The translations under genes were made by a program, and so were the position numbers. The notes below the pieces were generated by a model, which saw only the letters and a list, made by a program, of their open reading frames with translations, did not search any database and was not told the origin of the DNA. Below are positions 1-15,384 of a stretch of DNA of 64,000 nt, piece after piece. The first letter of the stretch is position 1; every line of letters begins with the position of its first letter. Source of the stretch: Octopus sinensis (Eukaryota); contig NC_042998.1 of assembly GCF_006345805.1 (NCBI RefSeq), positions 76,880,001-76,944,000 on the forward strand. Direction: 5' to 3'.

Positions 1-735
1 GCTCCCCACTACTCCTTGTGATTAGAGATACACATACTGTCAGCCACTAAGAGGCATGCTCAACTGGTTATCTGTGATATTGAGCAGAATATTTGCTGTA
101 GCCCATCTTTTGTATCAAGAAAAAAACATGTACATGATAACACTTTTAATAAATTAAGATGAGAAGCCATGAGAGCCAGTGCCTCATCAGGGCATTTATT
201 ATTATTATTATTGAGTGAGAGAGCAGCGCATGCCATTAAAGTGTCACTGGGGCAAATATACGAAGCCGTGTATACCCATCATGACTACCCCTCTGATAAG
301 GGTACATCAGGCACACGCATCTCAACCGTATGTGCGCGACATGGTGATCTCATACCAATATAAACAGCGCATGACCTTACAGAAGGGGTCCAGTTACAAT
401 TTCCTTCAAGGCGAGTAGCTCATCCCGCTCAAAAGGTCCCTGAATAACGGTCGTTTAAGGATGTTGAACGAAACACCGTTGTTTCCAAAGCTGAATTATC
501 CAAACCCCACGGAATTCCTCTCAACCCATGGCTATGATGCTCCCCAAGTACTTCTACTGGTGATCAAATATGCACATATCTGTGGTATTGAGCAAATCTG
601 TGGTATTGAGCAGAATATTTGCTGTAGCCCATCTTTTATACCAAGATAAAAACAATGTACATGATAACACTTCCAATCATTCAATAGGAGAAGCCATGAA
701 ACCCAAAGCCTGGTACTGCATCAGGGAATTTATGA
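1..735. repeat. Dispersed repeat remnants; two related segments (1-190 and ~520-725) separated by an (ATT)n-bounded unit
   Basis: 'tattgagcagaatatttgctgtagcccatctttt...tgtacatgataacactt...gagaagccatga' occurs twice; (ATT)n runs near 200 and 735. Family not identified. Confidence 0.5.
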
Positions 736-2499
736 TTATAATTATCATTATTAATTTGACTCAAGATAGGTTTTATTCCTGGTAAGATTTATGTGAATAG
801 CAGGTTACTACCTGTAATCTTAATTATCCACAAGTTTTCAGCAGTCTTTCAAGTGCTTAGAACCATCCTGAATTAAAATTATAATTTTTATTGTCGGTGG
901 CAGAATCAATAAAGTGTCGTTGTTGATTTTGAATTACATTTCGCAGAGCCAGCCTATCATCCTACTACATATATTTATATCAGATATAAATTTGTATTCC
1001 ACTCCTGTGGCTGTTGGCCTTACTTTTCATCATTTTGTGATCGATTTAGCTATATCTGAATGTTCTAGCTCCCACGAAATCTGTTTGTGCCTGTGTCAGA
1101 AATCTCTTTTATAATTACCCCAAGCTGATGTTTGTTCTTGATGTTTAACCTTAAATAATTTATGATCAAAGCCATTGTAGCTACGAACATTTGAATATCT
1201 CATCTGTTGTCGGAGCATTTATCACTACATTGTCTCATACATCACTTCCATTTATTTATGTCTATAGACTTTTGCGTGGGATTTGAAGGGCATTTGACTG
1301 CATTTTCTAGCATATCGAAAAACCATGAAGCAAATCCCTCGTTGGCTTGGGGGTTGGGTGGTACTGGAGCTTTAACACCTCCCGGCATGTCGATATTGTA
1401 AAGAATCATAATCTAACCTTTTTCCTTTCCTTAGAATTTAAGGTTTTTTTTGTGTGCCTAGCAAGATGTGGAGAAATAATACGATAAAAAAATCATAAAA
1501 TGAACACTATCCTAACATGTGTAGATGACGTAAAGAGAGATAAAGATAAGGTTTGTCGCTTTCTATCCCAACCCCCGGCTGAATATATTTACAAAGCAAG
1601 TAGATTTCAGAAGAACATGAATGAAATATTTTCCAATAATTCATGCCATGCTTAAATATATGGCGTTTGAGTCGAGTCTAACGGAGAAGATAAAGAAAAG
1701 AGAGAAGAAACAATAAAAAGCAAGTACAAAAAGAAATTTTCCCTTCACGTTCTGAACTGAAACTCTATAAGGTCCAATATCTGGGCCTTGCAAACTATGC
1801 TTATAAAATATGCTGCACAACGCACGAGAAGCTTGCGCAAGTTCTCATGGTCACTTTTGGTTCAGCACACTAATCTATCTCAACGCAGAACCGTACTGTC
1901 ATATATAGTAGAAAGACGACACATTAACTAATTCAGTAGTCCAAATTATAATATTTCTGAATAAAAGATTGGTTGGGTGGCACCATTTTGAATGTCTTTA
2001 GATCCGTTCGACAGTTCTGGGCCAAATGATATTCACAGCAGCTCTTTTTAAATAATAATGATTTTTGACACGAAATCAGTACTTTTTTTTTATATACTGA
2101 ATAACAACGATTCTATTTTGGAAAGCATGAGCATCACAACATTATTGAACTGGAAATCAGAAGATTTAAAAAAAGAAAATACAGAAAATTAAAATATAAA
2201 ACCAGATGCATCATGAAGATACGACAATATATACTGACGCTATCTACCGAGGGGACATCACTGCTTGAGAAGTTATTTCCCTTCTATCTGTTAGCAATAT
2301 CTTTTGCATTCTCTATATTTTATTACTGATGGTTTCATTCAAGGTTTCCCATTGTTATTCATTTATTCATTCATTCCTCTTTTAATTAATGCACTTAATT
2401 AATTAGAGTCATTCTTTCATACACGCTGTAATTCACACATTTTTTCAATCTTTAGTGAGTTCATTTATCACTTATTTAATACTTGTTTAGGCATATGTG

Positions 2500-3520
<1,021 letters not shown>

Positions 3521-3840
3521 GTATATTTTGTAAATAACAGCGTCGTCCCCTGTATGGTTCCGACAGGTGAATCACTCTGCTCCCTGCATTTCAGACGGTA
3601 AAGTTGATGAAGGAATTTTTTTGCAGCTTGTGCTCACTACAGAAGCCAGAAATGCGTGTTACAATGCACCAGGGTATTGACCTTTCCCACCAATGTATAA
3701 ATTTATGTATGTAGGGTGTGTGTCTGCATGTGTATATGTGTCTACGTATGTAAATATATATGCATCTACATCTTTATGTATCTAAGTTTGTATGAATGCA
3801 TGTTAACACGTCAAGATATATGAATATATTATATATATAT

Positions 3841-3890
<50 letters not shown>

Positions 3891-4176
3891 ATATATATGT
3901 GTGTGTGTGTGTGTATGTATATCTATATGTATATATATGCATGGCATTAGTATACGTTTGCGTTGCTCGCGGTTTGAATCTTTTTATGTGTTTATGTCTG
4001 TGCATGCTTCCACGTACCTATGTTAACTGCATTTTTTTTTTTTACAATTCCTCGCAAATACATCAACCGGACTCTAAAGCTGTTTTGGTAAACAATCTAT
4101 ACAGCAACTACAGCTAGGTGGTTATATATGTATATTAATACTTGTAAGTATGCAAGAAGGTAGGTATGTATATATA

Positions 4177-4214
<38 letters not shown>

Positions 4215-4460
4215 GTGTGTTTGTGTGTGTGTGTGTGTGAGTGCGTCTCTGCTTGAGTTAATGTTAATGCGTATTAGGGCCATTATACCTGGTTGTATGC
4301 CTGAATACCTGCTCCTGTCATCTCATTTACTTAACGTCACGAATCATTTATCTTTTCATATATACATATGTATATATACATATATCTATCTATAAGTAAG
4401 CATTCGTATATTACTTACTCTCTCTCTAACTTTCTCTCTTTCTCTGCCTTTCTCTCTCCG

Positions 4461-4491
<31 letters not shown>

Positions 4492-4539
4492 ATATATATA
4501 TAGTATGTGGCAAAGTAATTTATTTTACTAAGCCCTAAT

Positions 4540-4605
<66 letters not shown>

Positions 4606-4607
<2 letters not shown>

Positions 4608-4860
4608 AGGCGTGTGGCTTAGTGGTTAGGGTGTCAAGCATCATGATCGTAAGATTGTGGTTTCGATTCCTGGACCGGGCGACGCGTTGTGTTCTTGAGC
4701 AAAACACTTCATTTCACGTTGCTCCAGTCCACTCAGCTGGCAAAAATGAGTAACGCTACGATGAAGAGGCGTCCCGTCCAGCTGGGGAACACATACGCCA
4801 TGGCAACCGGGAAACCGGGCCCATGAGCCTGGCTAGGCTTTAAAAAGGGCGCAGTTATTT
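4606..4860 (+). mobile_element. tRNA-derived SINE with a Meta-domain-like core
   Basis: A box 'tggcttagtggttagg' and B box 'ggtttcgattcc', followed by 'cgtcccgtccagctgggg...ggaaaccggg'. Degenerate relatives at ~42670-42815, ~43135-43200 and ~28800-28880 (-). Confidence 0.7.
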
Positions 4861-5584
4861 TATTATTTTTTATATATATATATATTATATATATATATAT
4901 ATATGTATGTGTGTATACTTATCAATATTCTCACGCACACACACACACATATATGCTAGTACATATGTGTGTGTGTGTTTATATGAAAACTATATATATA
5001 TATGTGTGCACGTTTTACTGGTTAAACCTTCGGAATGGGTTACATATATTAACCGTTCCGTGTTAATGTAAGATCTTAAACTATTTTCTTTGCTGATGAT
5101 TAAGAAATTCAGCCTCTCATTCGTGGTGAAGAAACAGATGCTATCATTATGAAGGTTTCAACGTAGACATTCAAAGTTATAATCAGGGTGCAGAACCTTC
5201 TGATTTTTCATTTCTTGAATATAAATATTTCATTTTTGTTTTATATGCTTAAAAAAATGGTTATAGAAATAAATTAATATACTGTAAAATATGCGAAATG
5301 TATATTCTGTAAACTGGGACGTAGTTACGAAATAGAAGCATGTTTCCAGCAAAGAACGCATGCCCATTCGCGAAGGCAAAGGAATCGAATATTTCATACA
5401 AATAAACAGATGAAAGTTCGCATATTCGAGGGGTGACAATAATTTCCCATTTAGACAATATTGCGAATCTAGTTTACGTTGTTCTGTCATTTAACTTACC
5501 TAACGTCACGAATAACTTTTCTATCTATCTGTCTGGCTGTCTGTTTGTCTGTCTATCTGTCGTCTGGCTGTCTATCTATCTATC

Positions 5585-5685
<101 letters not shown>

Positions 5686-5697
5686 TTATCTATCTAT

Positions 5698-8600
5698 ACC
5701 CACCACTATAGAACTGCCAGGAGGCTACAAACTTCATATAGTGGTAGAGGGCAGGCGACCACGTTGCTATTTGTGTGGAAGCAAAACACACTTGATAAAG
5801 ACGTGCCCAACTACTCCACACCAAGAGTAACAACAACAACAACCACTACCGCAACCAAAACACTCCGAAAAGAAAACTCTACTACCCACACCACCATCAA
5901 CACAGAAGACGACAAGAGAAGCACACCAAGCTAAGCCGTCAACAACCAAAAATTACTCAACACCTGAGAAAATACCAACACCACCAACAACAGCAAGAAC
6001 CAAAGGAACAGAAAAACAAAGACAATATACAAAAACTGATTCCCCATCCCTTATACCGCACTCACCACACACAAACACTCAACAACCAACAGCAACGAAA
6101 ACAACAGCACAACCACCTACACAGACATACATAGAAGCCTACAACATACCCCTACCCCCTACTGATTCCTCAGAAAATTCGTCGGAAGACGAAACCAGTG
6201 AGGAATGGCAAATAACTAGAAAAAGAAGGAAAATAAAGAGCAGAAACACAACCAAACCAAATGCAAACACAAACAAAGCAGGGAGAAATACATCTCCCGA
6301 AGACATTTCAAAACCCAACACAAACAACAGCCACACCAACACCACAAAAATATTACAGCAAACATGCTCACAGCTATAGACAAACCAAAAACACAAATTT
6401 GATGGAATACATCAAATCAAAAACAAACATAACAGAGAATGACATAAAAACAAACAGTCACCCATACACAACACCACCAGATCACATCAAAATATTACAC
6501 ATCTCCAAAAGTCTGCACCACACACTCAAAGGCATTTTCCCCAGTGCGGTTGGTAAATGCCAAAAATATCTAACAAAGAAAGTTTACTGGGATCTCCTCG
6601 AGGACAAACCAAAGGAGGAGAAAGCAAAAACTTTCGAGCAGTAAGTAACCCTCTGTTCCTTTCACTTGTTTTCTAATTCATTAGGAGTATGATCAAGATT
6701 GGTTGTGTAAATGCGCGTAGCTTGGGGTCCCCTTGGAAACAAGGGTACCTCTTAAATGACATAAAGTCACATAAGTTAGAAATCATAGCTATAAGTGAGA
6801 CCAAACTCCACAATCCGCGGGCCCTAAAGACCATGTTTGGCGGACAGTTCAACATTTATTTTCCCCCCTGTCTGCCAAGAATGGGCGGTAGTGGCACCGC
6901 GGTACTTTTTCGCAAGATTCTGGATCTCAAAGAAAAGAGAATATTCGTAGACCCGGAGGGTAAACTGGTCGTCTTGGATGTCGACGGCAGTAATGGGTGC
7001 GCTTTTCGACTCGTATCAGTCTACGCACCGCCCTTAACAGGTCGGGCGGATTTCTTTCAACGTCTAGAAGTATTCTTGGGAACGTCTCGTCCTTTACTCT
7101 TAGTGGGGGATTGGAATGCTACCTTGGACACGCATGTAGACTACGTGGGTAGAGATACGAATAGACGGGGATGCAAATGCCTCAGATACCTGCTCAGACG
7201 CTTTCAACTGTCTGACAGGTTCCGACTACACCACCCGAATGCGCCAACGTGGACATGGAGCAACCGCATCGGGTCGTCGAGATCGTATCTAGATAGGATA
7301 CTATGTAGGACAGTAGATAGAGATAGCATAGGATGTCCACAATTCCACATAGTCAGCTACACGGATCACAAACTTGTGACATGTACGCTAGACTTAGGTA
7401 AAACACTTAGGCAGGGTCCCGGATACTGGAAACTAAACCCGTCTTTCCCATCGAGACAGGTTTTCAGAGACCGGATTAGCACACTAGTAAAGAGGGTTTT
7501 GACGGGAGCCATCATCAGCAACAAATGGTGGTTTGCCCTCAAGAGAGCAGTAAAAGTAGAAGCGATTAGGTACAGCAAAACACTAGCCATGGATAGAAAT
7601 AGAGTAGAGGGTGAGCTAGTTAAGAAGCTAGAAGAGGTAATTAGAAGCGGCATCGCATCCGACGTTTTGGCGGCTAGGTCGGCCCCTCAACCAACACTTC
7701 AACGCCAAACACGAAGGGTGTGCTGTCAGAGCTAGGATGCGTGCTCTAAGGAACGAAGGTGTTGGAGCCGCGAGAGAGGCCCGGGAGGCAGAGGCGCAAC
7801 AGGGCAACAAAGCCACCATTCGTTCTCAGGGGCGCGAATTGATCGAGCCAAGTAAAATGTGTGAGGCCTTTCAACAGCATTTTGCCCGACTGTTCGGGAC
7901 GAGTGGCGGGCAAGAACGTAGGGTGGATTCAGTGCCTACCTACACAGCCTACCACGACAAGAAAGGCAGGGTGCTGCGAAGGTGCCATCACGGCGGCGGA
8001 AGTGCAGGACGCGATGGCAGAATGCTCGAGGGACAAATCGCCGGGTTTGGATGATCTACCCTACGAGCTTTACAGTTGTATACCAGACTTGTTTGGAGAC
8101 GTCTTGGCAGCGGTGTACTGCAACTGGCAGCAAAACGGGAGCATTCCTGGTTTTGTGAGCCGAGGAGCCGTAACACTGCTGAAGAAAGATCTAAACAAGG
8201 GAAATATAATAGATAACTTTAGGCCCATCACTCTGCTTAATGCAGACTCGAAAATTTTGGCCAAGGTGTTAGCCAAGAGGTTGGCGCTTGTCATCGAGAA
8301 ACTGGTCGACAAGGCGCAAACGTGCGCCGTGCCAGGCCAGACCATCCATGACAACCTCCACCTGATGCGCTACATCATAGACAGGGTAGTTAACGAACCT
8401 GGCATGGGTGGGGCGCTGATCAATTTGGATCAATCGAAAGCTTTCGATAGGGTAGACCATCGATACTTGGGGGCTGTCCTCAGAGCGGCTGGCTTCGGTC
8501 CCGTCTTCCGCGGCTGGATATCTGCTTTGTACAGAGGCATCCGTTCGGTAATTCGCGTAAATGGACATCTATCAAGATCTTTCGACATCGCACGTTCGGT

Positions 8601-10063
8601 CCGTCAGGGATAACCCCTCTCGTCGCTTCTATACGTATTGACTCTCGAGCCATTATTGCGGAAGCTGGCAACTCTGAGGGGCATCCCGCGAGAACTGGGA
8701 TGCGGGACGAGCGTGTCTGCATACGCGGACGACGTCACCGTCATAGTGTCTAGCCACGAGCACATCGAGCAGTCGGCGAGACACTGAAAAACTACTAAGC
8801 GGTGACAGGAGCAAAAGTCAACCGGGAAAAGTCAGTGGGCTTGCGACTAGGCACCTGGAGAAGCAAGCCCATGCCGTCCACCAGCGCCTCCGTTGTGGGA
8901 CGCTGGACCGACGGTCCGGTCGAGTTGCTCGGGGTCTGGTTCGGTCCGGACCTCCAAATGGAGAAGAACTGGAACGAGATAACGAGTAGGGTGGTCACTC
9001 TCGCCCGGCAATGGGCCGAGAGGAAACTGTCCCTAAAAGGTCGGGCGGAGGTGGCGAACACGTACATCGCGTCCGTCATCTACTACCGCCTGACCCGCCT
9101 GCTCGGGACGACTTTCGGGCCAGGGCTCATGGACAACGTCCAGAGATCCCTGGCCTGGCAGTGCTACCAAGAAGCGCTACCCGTTCGGGATAAGCTCTAC
9201 AGGCACGGCTCGGGAAACACGGGGCCGACCTGCCCGAGATGCGGTCAGAGCGACGAAACCGTTCTGCACGCACTCGTGCAGTGTCCAGCAATTTCCGACC
9301 TGTGGGCTTATGTCGAACAACTGCCGTCACGTGTGGGACGAGTCGGTTTATCAGCTGAGTCTATCGTCAATATTGTCACGCCTCCTTCCTTCAAACGGGA
9401 AGGAAGAGCTATTTTCATCATCCTTGTGGCTATAGCGCAAGAATGTATCTGGTGGACGCGTCTGAAAGGATTGGAGCCAAACACTTTCCTCTCTGGTCAA
9501 CCCCTCATCAACTTCTTCAAGTACCACTTGAAAAGGAAAGTGAGAGTAGAGAGGCAAGTTTTGTCTAGCGAATGTTTTAAAAAAAGATGGCACGTATGAA
9601 TGACGAAGCCACCTTGAGCATAACCCTATGAACCCAGAAATTGAAAACAGAGGGTTACCCACTTGCAAACAAATGTGGTAACATATAACAATATTGACCA
9701 AGGTTACCGTGGTCTTTTTCGTAGGCTTTTCTTCCCACGGATAAACCTTACTTGCTTTCCCTTTTACACCATACATCATGACACTGTGATACACGATCCC
9801 TATTGATCGTTTTTTTTCCTCTTCCCCTTTTTTTCCTCTGTTTTCTTCTTTTTCCATTTTTCTTTTCTTTTGTTCCTTTTTCTCTTTTCTCTTTTCTTTT
9901 CTTTTTTTTGTTCTTTTTTTCCTTTTGCGATCCCTTTTGATCGAAAACCCACGCCACCTCTTTTTTGTTTCTTTCGTTTTTTGTTTTTTCATGCCCCAAA
10001 GGAAAAGCTCTACCTTGTAACTTGTCCCATCTGTGTGCAGCCCTGTGTGGCCAATAAAGAAAC

Positions 10064-10064
<1 letters not shown>
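5698..10064 (+). mobile_element. Tx1/L1-clade non-LTR retrotransposon, decayed, embedded in (TATC)n
   Basis: Putative ORF1 remnant ~5710-6644, ORF2 from 6689, pyrimidine-rich 3' UTR, AATAAA at 10053, and (TATC)n immediately on both sides. Confidence 0.9.
6689..9599 (+). pseudogene. LINE ORF2 (AP endonuclease, reverse transcriptase, C-terminal Cys/His knuckle), frameshifted
   Basis: APE motifs CVNARSL, SETK, VYAPP, GDWNA, YLDRIL, TDHKLV, GPGYWKLN; RT motifs KSPGLD, FRPITLLNADSKILAK, DQSKAFDRVDH, SVRQG*PLS, AYADDVT; CPRC..ETVLHALVQC. Split over several frames, with an apparent internal deletion near 9100. Confidence 0.92.
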
Positions 10065-10144
<80 letters not shown>

Positions 10145-10479
10145 CACGTATGCATGATATAAATATATATATAGATACACTTGTATGTATGTATGTATGT
10201 ATGTATGTATGTATGCATGCATGTATGTATGTATGTATGTATGTATGTATATATGTATGTGTATGGGTGTCGGACTTCCACACTGTTTCTGTCTATCATA
10301 TACACCCACAAAGCTGCAGCCAACTTAGACTGCAGTAGAAGAAATGTTCGCAAGGTTCCATGCAATAGAAACTCGAAAGCAAGTGTCTGTGAATCGAAAT
10401 TCTTAACCACTTAGCCATGTGTATACCGAAGGCGAAATTCAGAAAGGACAGAATTTTAGACTTTTGATAAATAATACAG

Positions 10480-11590
10480 TATAAGTTCATAGCGTTTTTC
10501 AACAGGTGATGCTTAATCACGCGACGGCAACCTTTTTCTATTTTAATTTTGTGTGGATTATTTACTTCTACTCTTCTTGCGATAAAATTACAAATGTAAG
10601 AAATGGAATACATTTTCATCAGTTAATGCCCTTTTATTTCCAGAAAGGCAAAACGCTTCACAAACAACAAAGAAGATGTATGCTGATTAAGGAGATGTGT
10701 TTGTAAGTTATTCACTAGGTTTAGAACCGAAAATTTTGGCCTGGAATATTTTAAACGTTCCAGCAGACCTATAGTCGTTGATAATGAACAAATCGAGACT
10801 CAATAAAAAGTAATCAATGTCACAGAACGCGAAACATTGCAGAGATTCTTCACATATCTCATGCGAGCGTTATAAAGAATTTAAAAACAATTGGTTACGC
10901 GAATTGTTATGATTGGTGCCTCACAACTTAACGGAAAGAAAATTTAATAGAGTGCATTTCCATCTCTGATTCTCCGCTCAGAAGAAACAAAAATGATCTA
11001 TTTCTGACAAAAATGATCATGTGTTCTGAGATGGATAATTTACAACAACATAAAACGAAAAAGATCCTGGAGAAAATGAGATGAACCGCCTTCAATCTCT
11101 GCAAAAGCTGGTTTGCATCTGAAGTAGGTGATGCTCTGTATCTGGTTGGGTCGGAAGGGCATTGTGTATTATAATGTACTTCCCCAAAATCAGACGTTAA
11201 ATTCAGACTATTATTGTTGTTCCCGATTAGACCGATTAAAGGAGGCAATGAATGAAAAACGTCCAGAATTGGCCAACCGAAAGGGTGTCGTCATACATCA
11301 GAACAACACTAGATCGCACTTTTCTTTGCAGACCAGGCAAAAATTGATGCGACTTGGGTGGGATGTGCTACCTCACCCACTGTACCCACCTGACCTTGAA
11401 CTTTCGGATTATCATTTATTCTGATCCCGGCAAAATTCTCTTAATGGGAAAAACTTCGATTCTTAAAAGAGTGTAAAAACTACTTGGATCTACTCATGAT
11501 CCAGAAAGATGCCAAGTTGTGGGAGGATAGGATCAGGAATATGCCTCAAAGGTTGTGGAACAAAATAGGAAATATGTGGTTGAGTAAAGG
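10480..11590 (+). mobile_element. Mariner transposon relic (3' end displaced to 15195-15247)
   Basis: ORF 11128-11424 reads GIVYY..L..NQT.NSDYY...HQNN.R.H...WDVLPHPLYPPDLELSDYHLF (the YSPDLAP-D motif region). Left TIR remnant 'aagttcatagcgtttt' is inverse to 'aaaacgctacaaacc' at ~15226-15240. Confidence 0.85.
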
Positions 11591-14500
11591 TATGCACGAT
11601 TATCTGAATATTGCAGAAGAATGTTAAAGAATGGCGAATCTGAAACATGACGTAAGAATAATTCAAGCAAAGGATTTCGCAAAAATAAAGATATGTCAAC
11701 CTAGAAAGTATAACCACAAAAGATTGCTAGATCCTAATCCATGTTACGGATGTGGAGGCCTACATTTCAGAAAAGAATGTGCTTTTAAAAACAAAATATT
11801 ACAGTTGTCAAAAGTTTCAACACAAAAGTTTACACTGCAGAACAAATGTACGAAAGTCAAATGTAAAAAAATTCTAAATTGCTCTCAGCAGAAAGTAAAA
11901 TTGACTCCCAAATAAGGTATTTTATGCACGTAAAAGTAAACGGAGTAAATATTAAACTACAACTGGATACTGGTAGAGACATTTCAATCAACACCAACAC
12001 GTGAAAGAAAATAGGGAAACCTATGTTATGAAAAGCAGGGAGAACTGCATGTAGCAAGACGGGTGACAAACTGAACTTTGTAGGCGAAATATGGAATGAT
12101 GTCACATTTCGAGGTAAATCTTGCAAGGCGAAAGTTTTCGTTGTAAAGAACGCAATCAATCTGTTTGGTGCCGACTGGTCGGAGTTATTTGATTTGTGGG
12201 ATTTCCCCATAAGTTTTTACTGCAAAAACATAATTGGTTGTCCATCTAAAAATGAGACGTCTGACGAATTGAAGAGAAAATTAGAAAAGATGGCACCTCA
12301 AGTTCTGTCGGGTTTGTTAGATCTAAGTAAAAAGGCTGAAACCTGTTTTCAATTAAAGGAAAACGCTGGGCTAGTATACAAATCCAATAGAAAGGTATCG
12401 TTCGCTGCGATAAAAAAACGTAGATGAAGAGTTAGACAGACCGGAAAAGGTGGAATTATTAAAACAATGGATTATTCTAAACGGGCAGCACCTGTGCCGA
12501 TTTTTCTACGGGTTTGAATGACGGTTTAAAATCAAGGCACTATTCACTTCCTACTCCAGAGGATATTTTTGCAAAATGAAATGGAGGCAAAATATTCTCG
12601 AAATTGGATTTGTCTGAGGCGTTTCTGCAAATAACGGTTGACGAGGAAAGCTCAAAGCTTCTAACAGTAAATACACACAAAGGATTTTACAAATATTATA
12701 GATTGCCTTTGGTCTGATGGTCACACCTGCACTATTTTAACAAGTTATAGATGCGACGTTGGCGGACTGCCATTTGACAATTCCACACCTACATAGCATA
12801 TTGATTTAAAATAATTCGTGTGATGAGTATATTGAGCATATAAAAGCTGTGTTTGAAAAAAATAAGAGACTACGGGCTCACTCTGAGAGATGGGAAATGT
12901 GAGTTTGCAAAAAATCAAATACTTAGTGCAAATTATTGATAAAATGGAAGAAGTCCTGACCCGTCGAGGGCAGACGCAATTAAAGATAAGCTTCCCACCA
13001 CATAACACTGTGACATTACAAACTTTTTTGGGGGCTGGTAAATTACTATCGAAATTATATCACTAACATGTACAAATTTAGAGCACCATTAAATGATTTA
13101 CTGAAAATGTATTTGTTGGTAAGTGTCAAAACACCTTCGAAGAGATAAAAAAAAGTACTAAATTCTGATTTGTAACAAGCGAATTTTGATCCTGAAATGG
13201 ACATTGTCGTAGCTTTAGATGCTTCGGATTATGGAATAGGAGCAGTCTTGCTACACAAGTATAAAAATAGAAATATGAAGCCAGTAGTTCATGTTTCAGG
13301 TTCGCTGATAGTAGCGAAAATGAAAGTATAGTCAGATAGAGGAGGAGGCTCTATCAATTATGTATGCGTTAAAAAAAAATTTCACAAATTTCTGCATGGT
13401 AGATTTTTTTTGCTACAAACTGACTGTCGACCATCACTATTAATTTTTGAATTAAAACATGGATTGCCTGCCCATTCAGTGAACCAACTAAAACGCTGGT
13501 GTACGATATTGATAAACTACAATTTTAAGATGCAGTATATTCCGTCGAAAGAAATTGGTCATGCGGACCGTTTATTGAGACTGATTCCAAAGAATGCGGA
13601 ACCGATAGAAGATACAGTGATAACCTCATTGTAATCAGAAAATGAAGTTAAAGATATGTGTAATGTTATTCACAATCTGCCAGTGACAGCATACGATATA
13701 AAAGTGAAATGCGCAGAGGATAATTACATTAAAAGAAAGAAATGTTGAAAAATAAGCAAAATAAAAATGCAAATTCAGATTATTTTTCACTATGAGACGA
13801 TATTTTAATGTACGCAAAAATAGTGGTACTACCAACTGCACTACAGTATCAAGTATCTCAGTAATTCCATAGTGGACACTCGAGAATGTTCAGAATGAAG
13901 GCCTCAATGAGGAGCTATGAATATTGGCCGATAATGGACCGGAACATTAAAAATTGTGTAAAATCATGTAGAGGTTGTGTGTTAGCTGCCAAAGCACCAC
14001 CGGTAAAATACCAGTCGTGGCCTCAGACGGATAGTCTGTGGTCCAGGGTATATATCGACTACGTTGGACTGGTGAACTGCGCATACAATCTGATCGTTAT
14101 TGATAGCAGTACAAAGTAGCCAGAAGTATGTAGGTACAATAAACCAACAATCAAATTCCTGTATGAATTATTAGCCTGATACGGTGTTCCAGACACGCTG
14201 GTATCATATAATGGAACACAATTTACGTGTAGTGAAGTTTAGAATTTCTCCAAAATACATATGATAAAGCATATTTTTTCTGCCCTACTACTCGAGGTCA
14301 AACGGGCTGGTAGAAAGATTCGTTGATACTTTCAAGCAAGCGTTAAAAAAAGCAAGGAGTCGCGTAGGAAATGACGAAGCGCTAACAAAATTCTTGAGGA
14401 TATATATAGTGTAACGCCCAATATGAATACCAGGAACATTTCCGGCAGAGTTAATGTTCGCGCAAAAAATAAATTTGATCTTCGATAAATTACTGCCAGA

Positions 14501-15194
14501 AAAAATATACTTAAAGGAAATACAGAAAAGCAACAAAGCATTTCGAAGGCTTGGAGGATAGTTTTGTAACTAAACAATTAGGGAAAATGATGTATGTAAT
14601 TAAAGGACAACTTTGGGGAACATAAGAGACATCTAAACCAATGAAAGACGAGGCATACTGAAAAACGAAAGAAAATACCAATGGAAGTCTGCTATGACAT
14701 ATTTGAAATGACAGCACTGATTGAGGTTGAACCTCGTAGAAGCATCAATAGAAAAAGGAAACAAACTGTACACTTAGAAATAATGCGAAAACGAAACAGA
14801 TATTAATTCTTAAAAAAGAGCGAGAAGAGTGTTGGAAAAAAAAACGAAATTTCACTTCTTACGGAAGTCGAAATCTCAAAAGTAGACGTGTTGGGATGAG
14901 AGTCACGACGCCCCCTTATGAGAAATAGACTGGACCGAGCGATTATAAATAGAAGTGTTCGGAGTGAAGTTTGTGCGTCTGTTCAAGTAGATGTCACAGT
15001 GAAGTAGTTAGGTGCCTGTTGTTTAGTTCGTTTGGAATATTGGTTGTTGGCTCGTGAAGAGTTTGTTGGATCGTTACGTTGTTATAACGGTTGTATCGTT
15101 ATCTTGTTTACTGTTATTATACTTGTAAGTGTATCTAAACCATCCGTCACAATATCGTGGCGGTACTACGGCATTGGAGACGGAGGATACAACA
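11590..15194 (+). mobile_element. Ty3/Gypsy LTR retrotransposon relic, 5'-truncated
   Basis: Gag knuckle CYGCGGLHFRKEC, protease LQLDTG, RT KLDLSEAF, RNase H VALDASDYGIGAVL, then integrase (YWP.MD..I..CVKSCRGC, WSRVYID, NGLVERFVDTFK), i.e. Gypsy domain order. Many stop codons. Confidence 0.9.
14830..15194 (+). repeat. 3' LTR of the Gypsy element
   Basis: Purine tract 'aaaaaagagcgagaagag' directly precedes TGTTG, and the segment ends in CAACA (5-bp inverted termini). No 5' LTR is present in the window. Confidence 0.75.
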
Positions 15195-15384
15195 GTTGTT
15201 TATGATTTTACTTTGAAAACGCTACAAACCTTTTACCAGCCTAATATAATATAATTTGACATAATATGATAAAATATAAAATAATATATTGTTTGTATAC
15301 CTACATGTGCATACGTGCACACACATATATACATGGACATACATGCATATATATGTATATGCACAAATATTATACATATATACA

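Noticed and set aside
5090-5115. CTGATGA-ttaa-GAAA as a hammerhead
   Set aside because: No room for stem II, and no stem I or stem III pairing.
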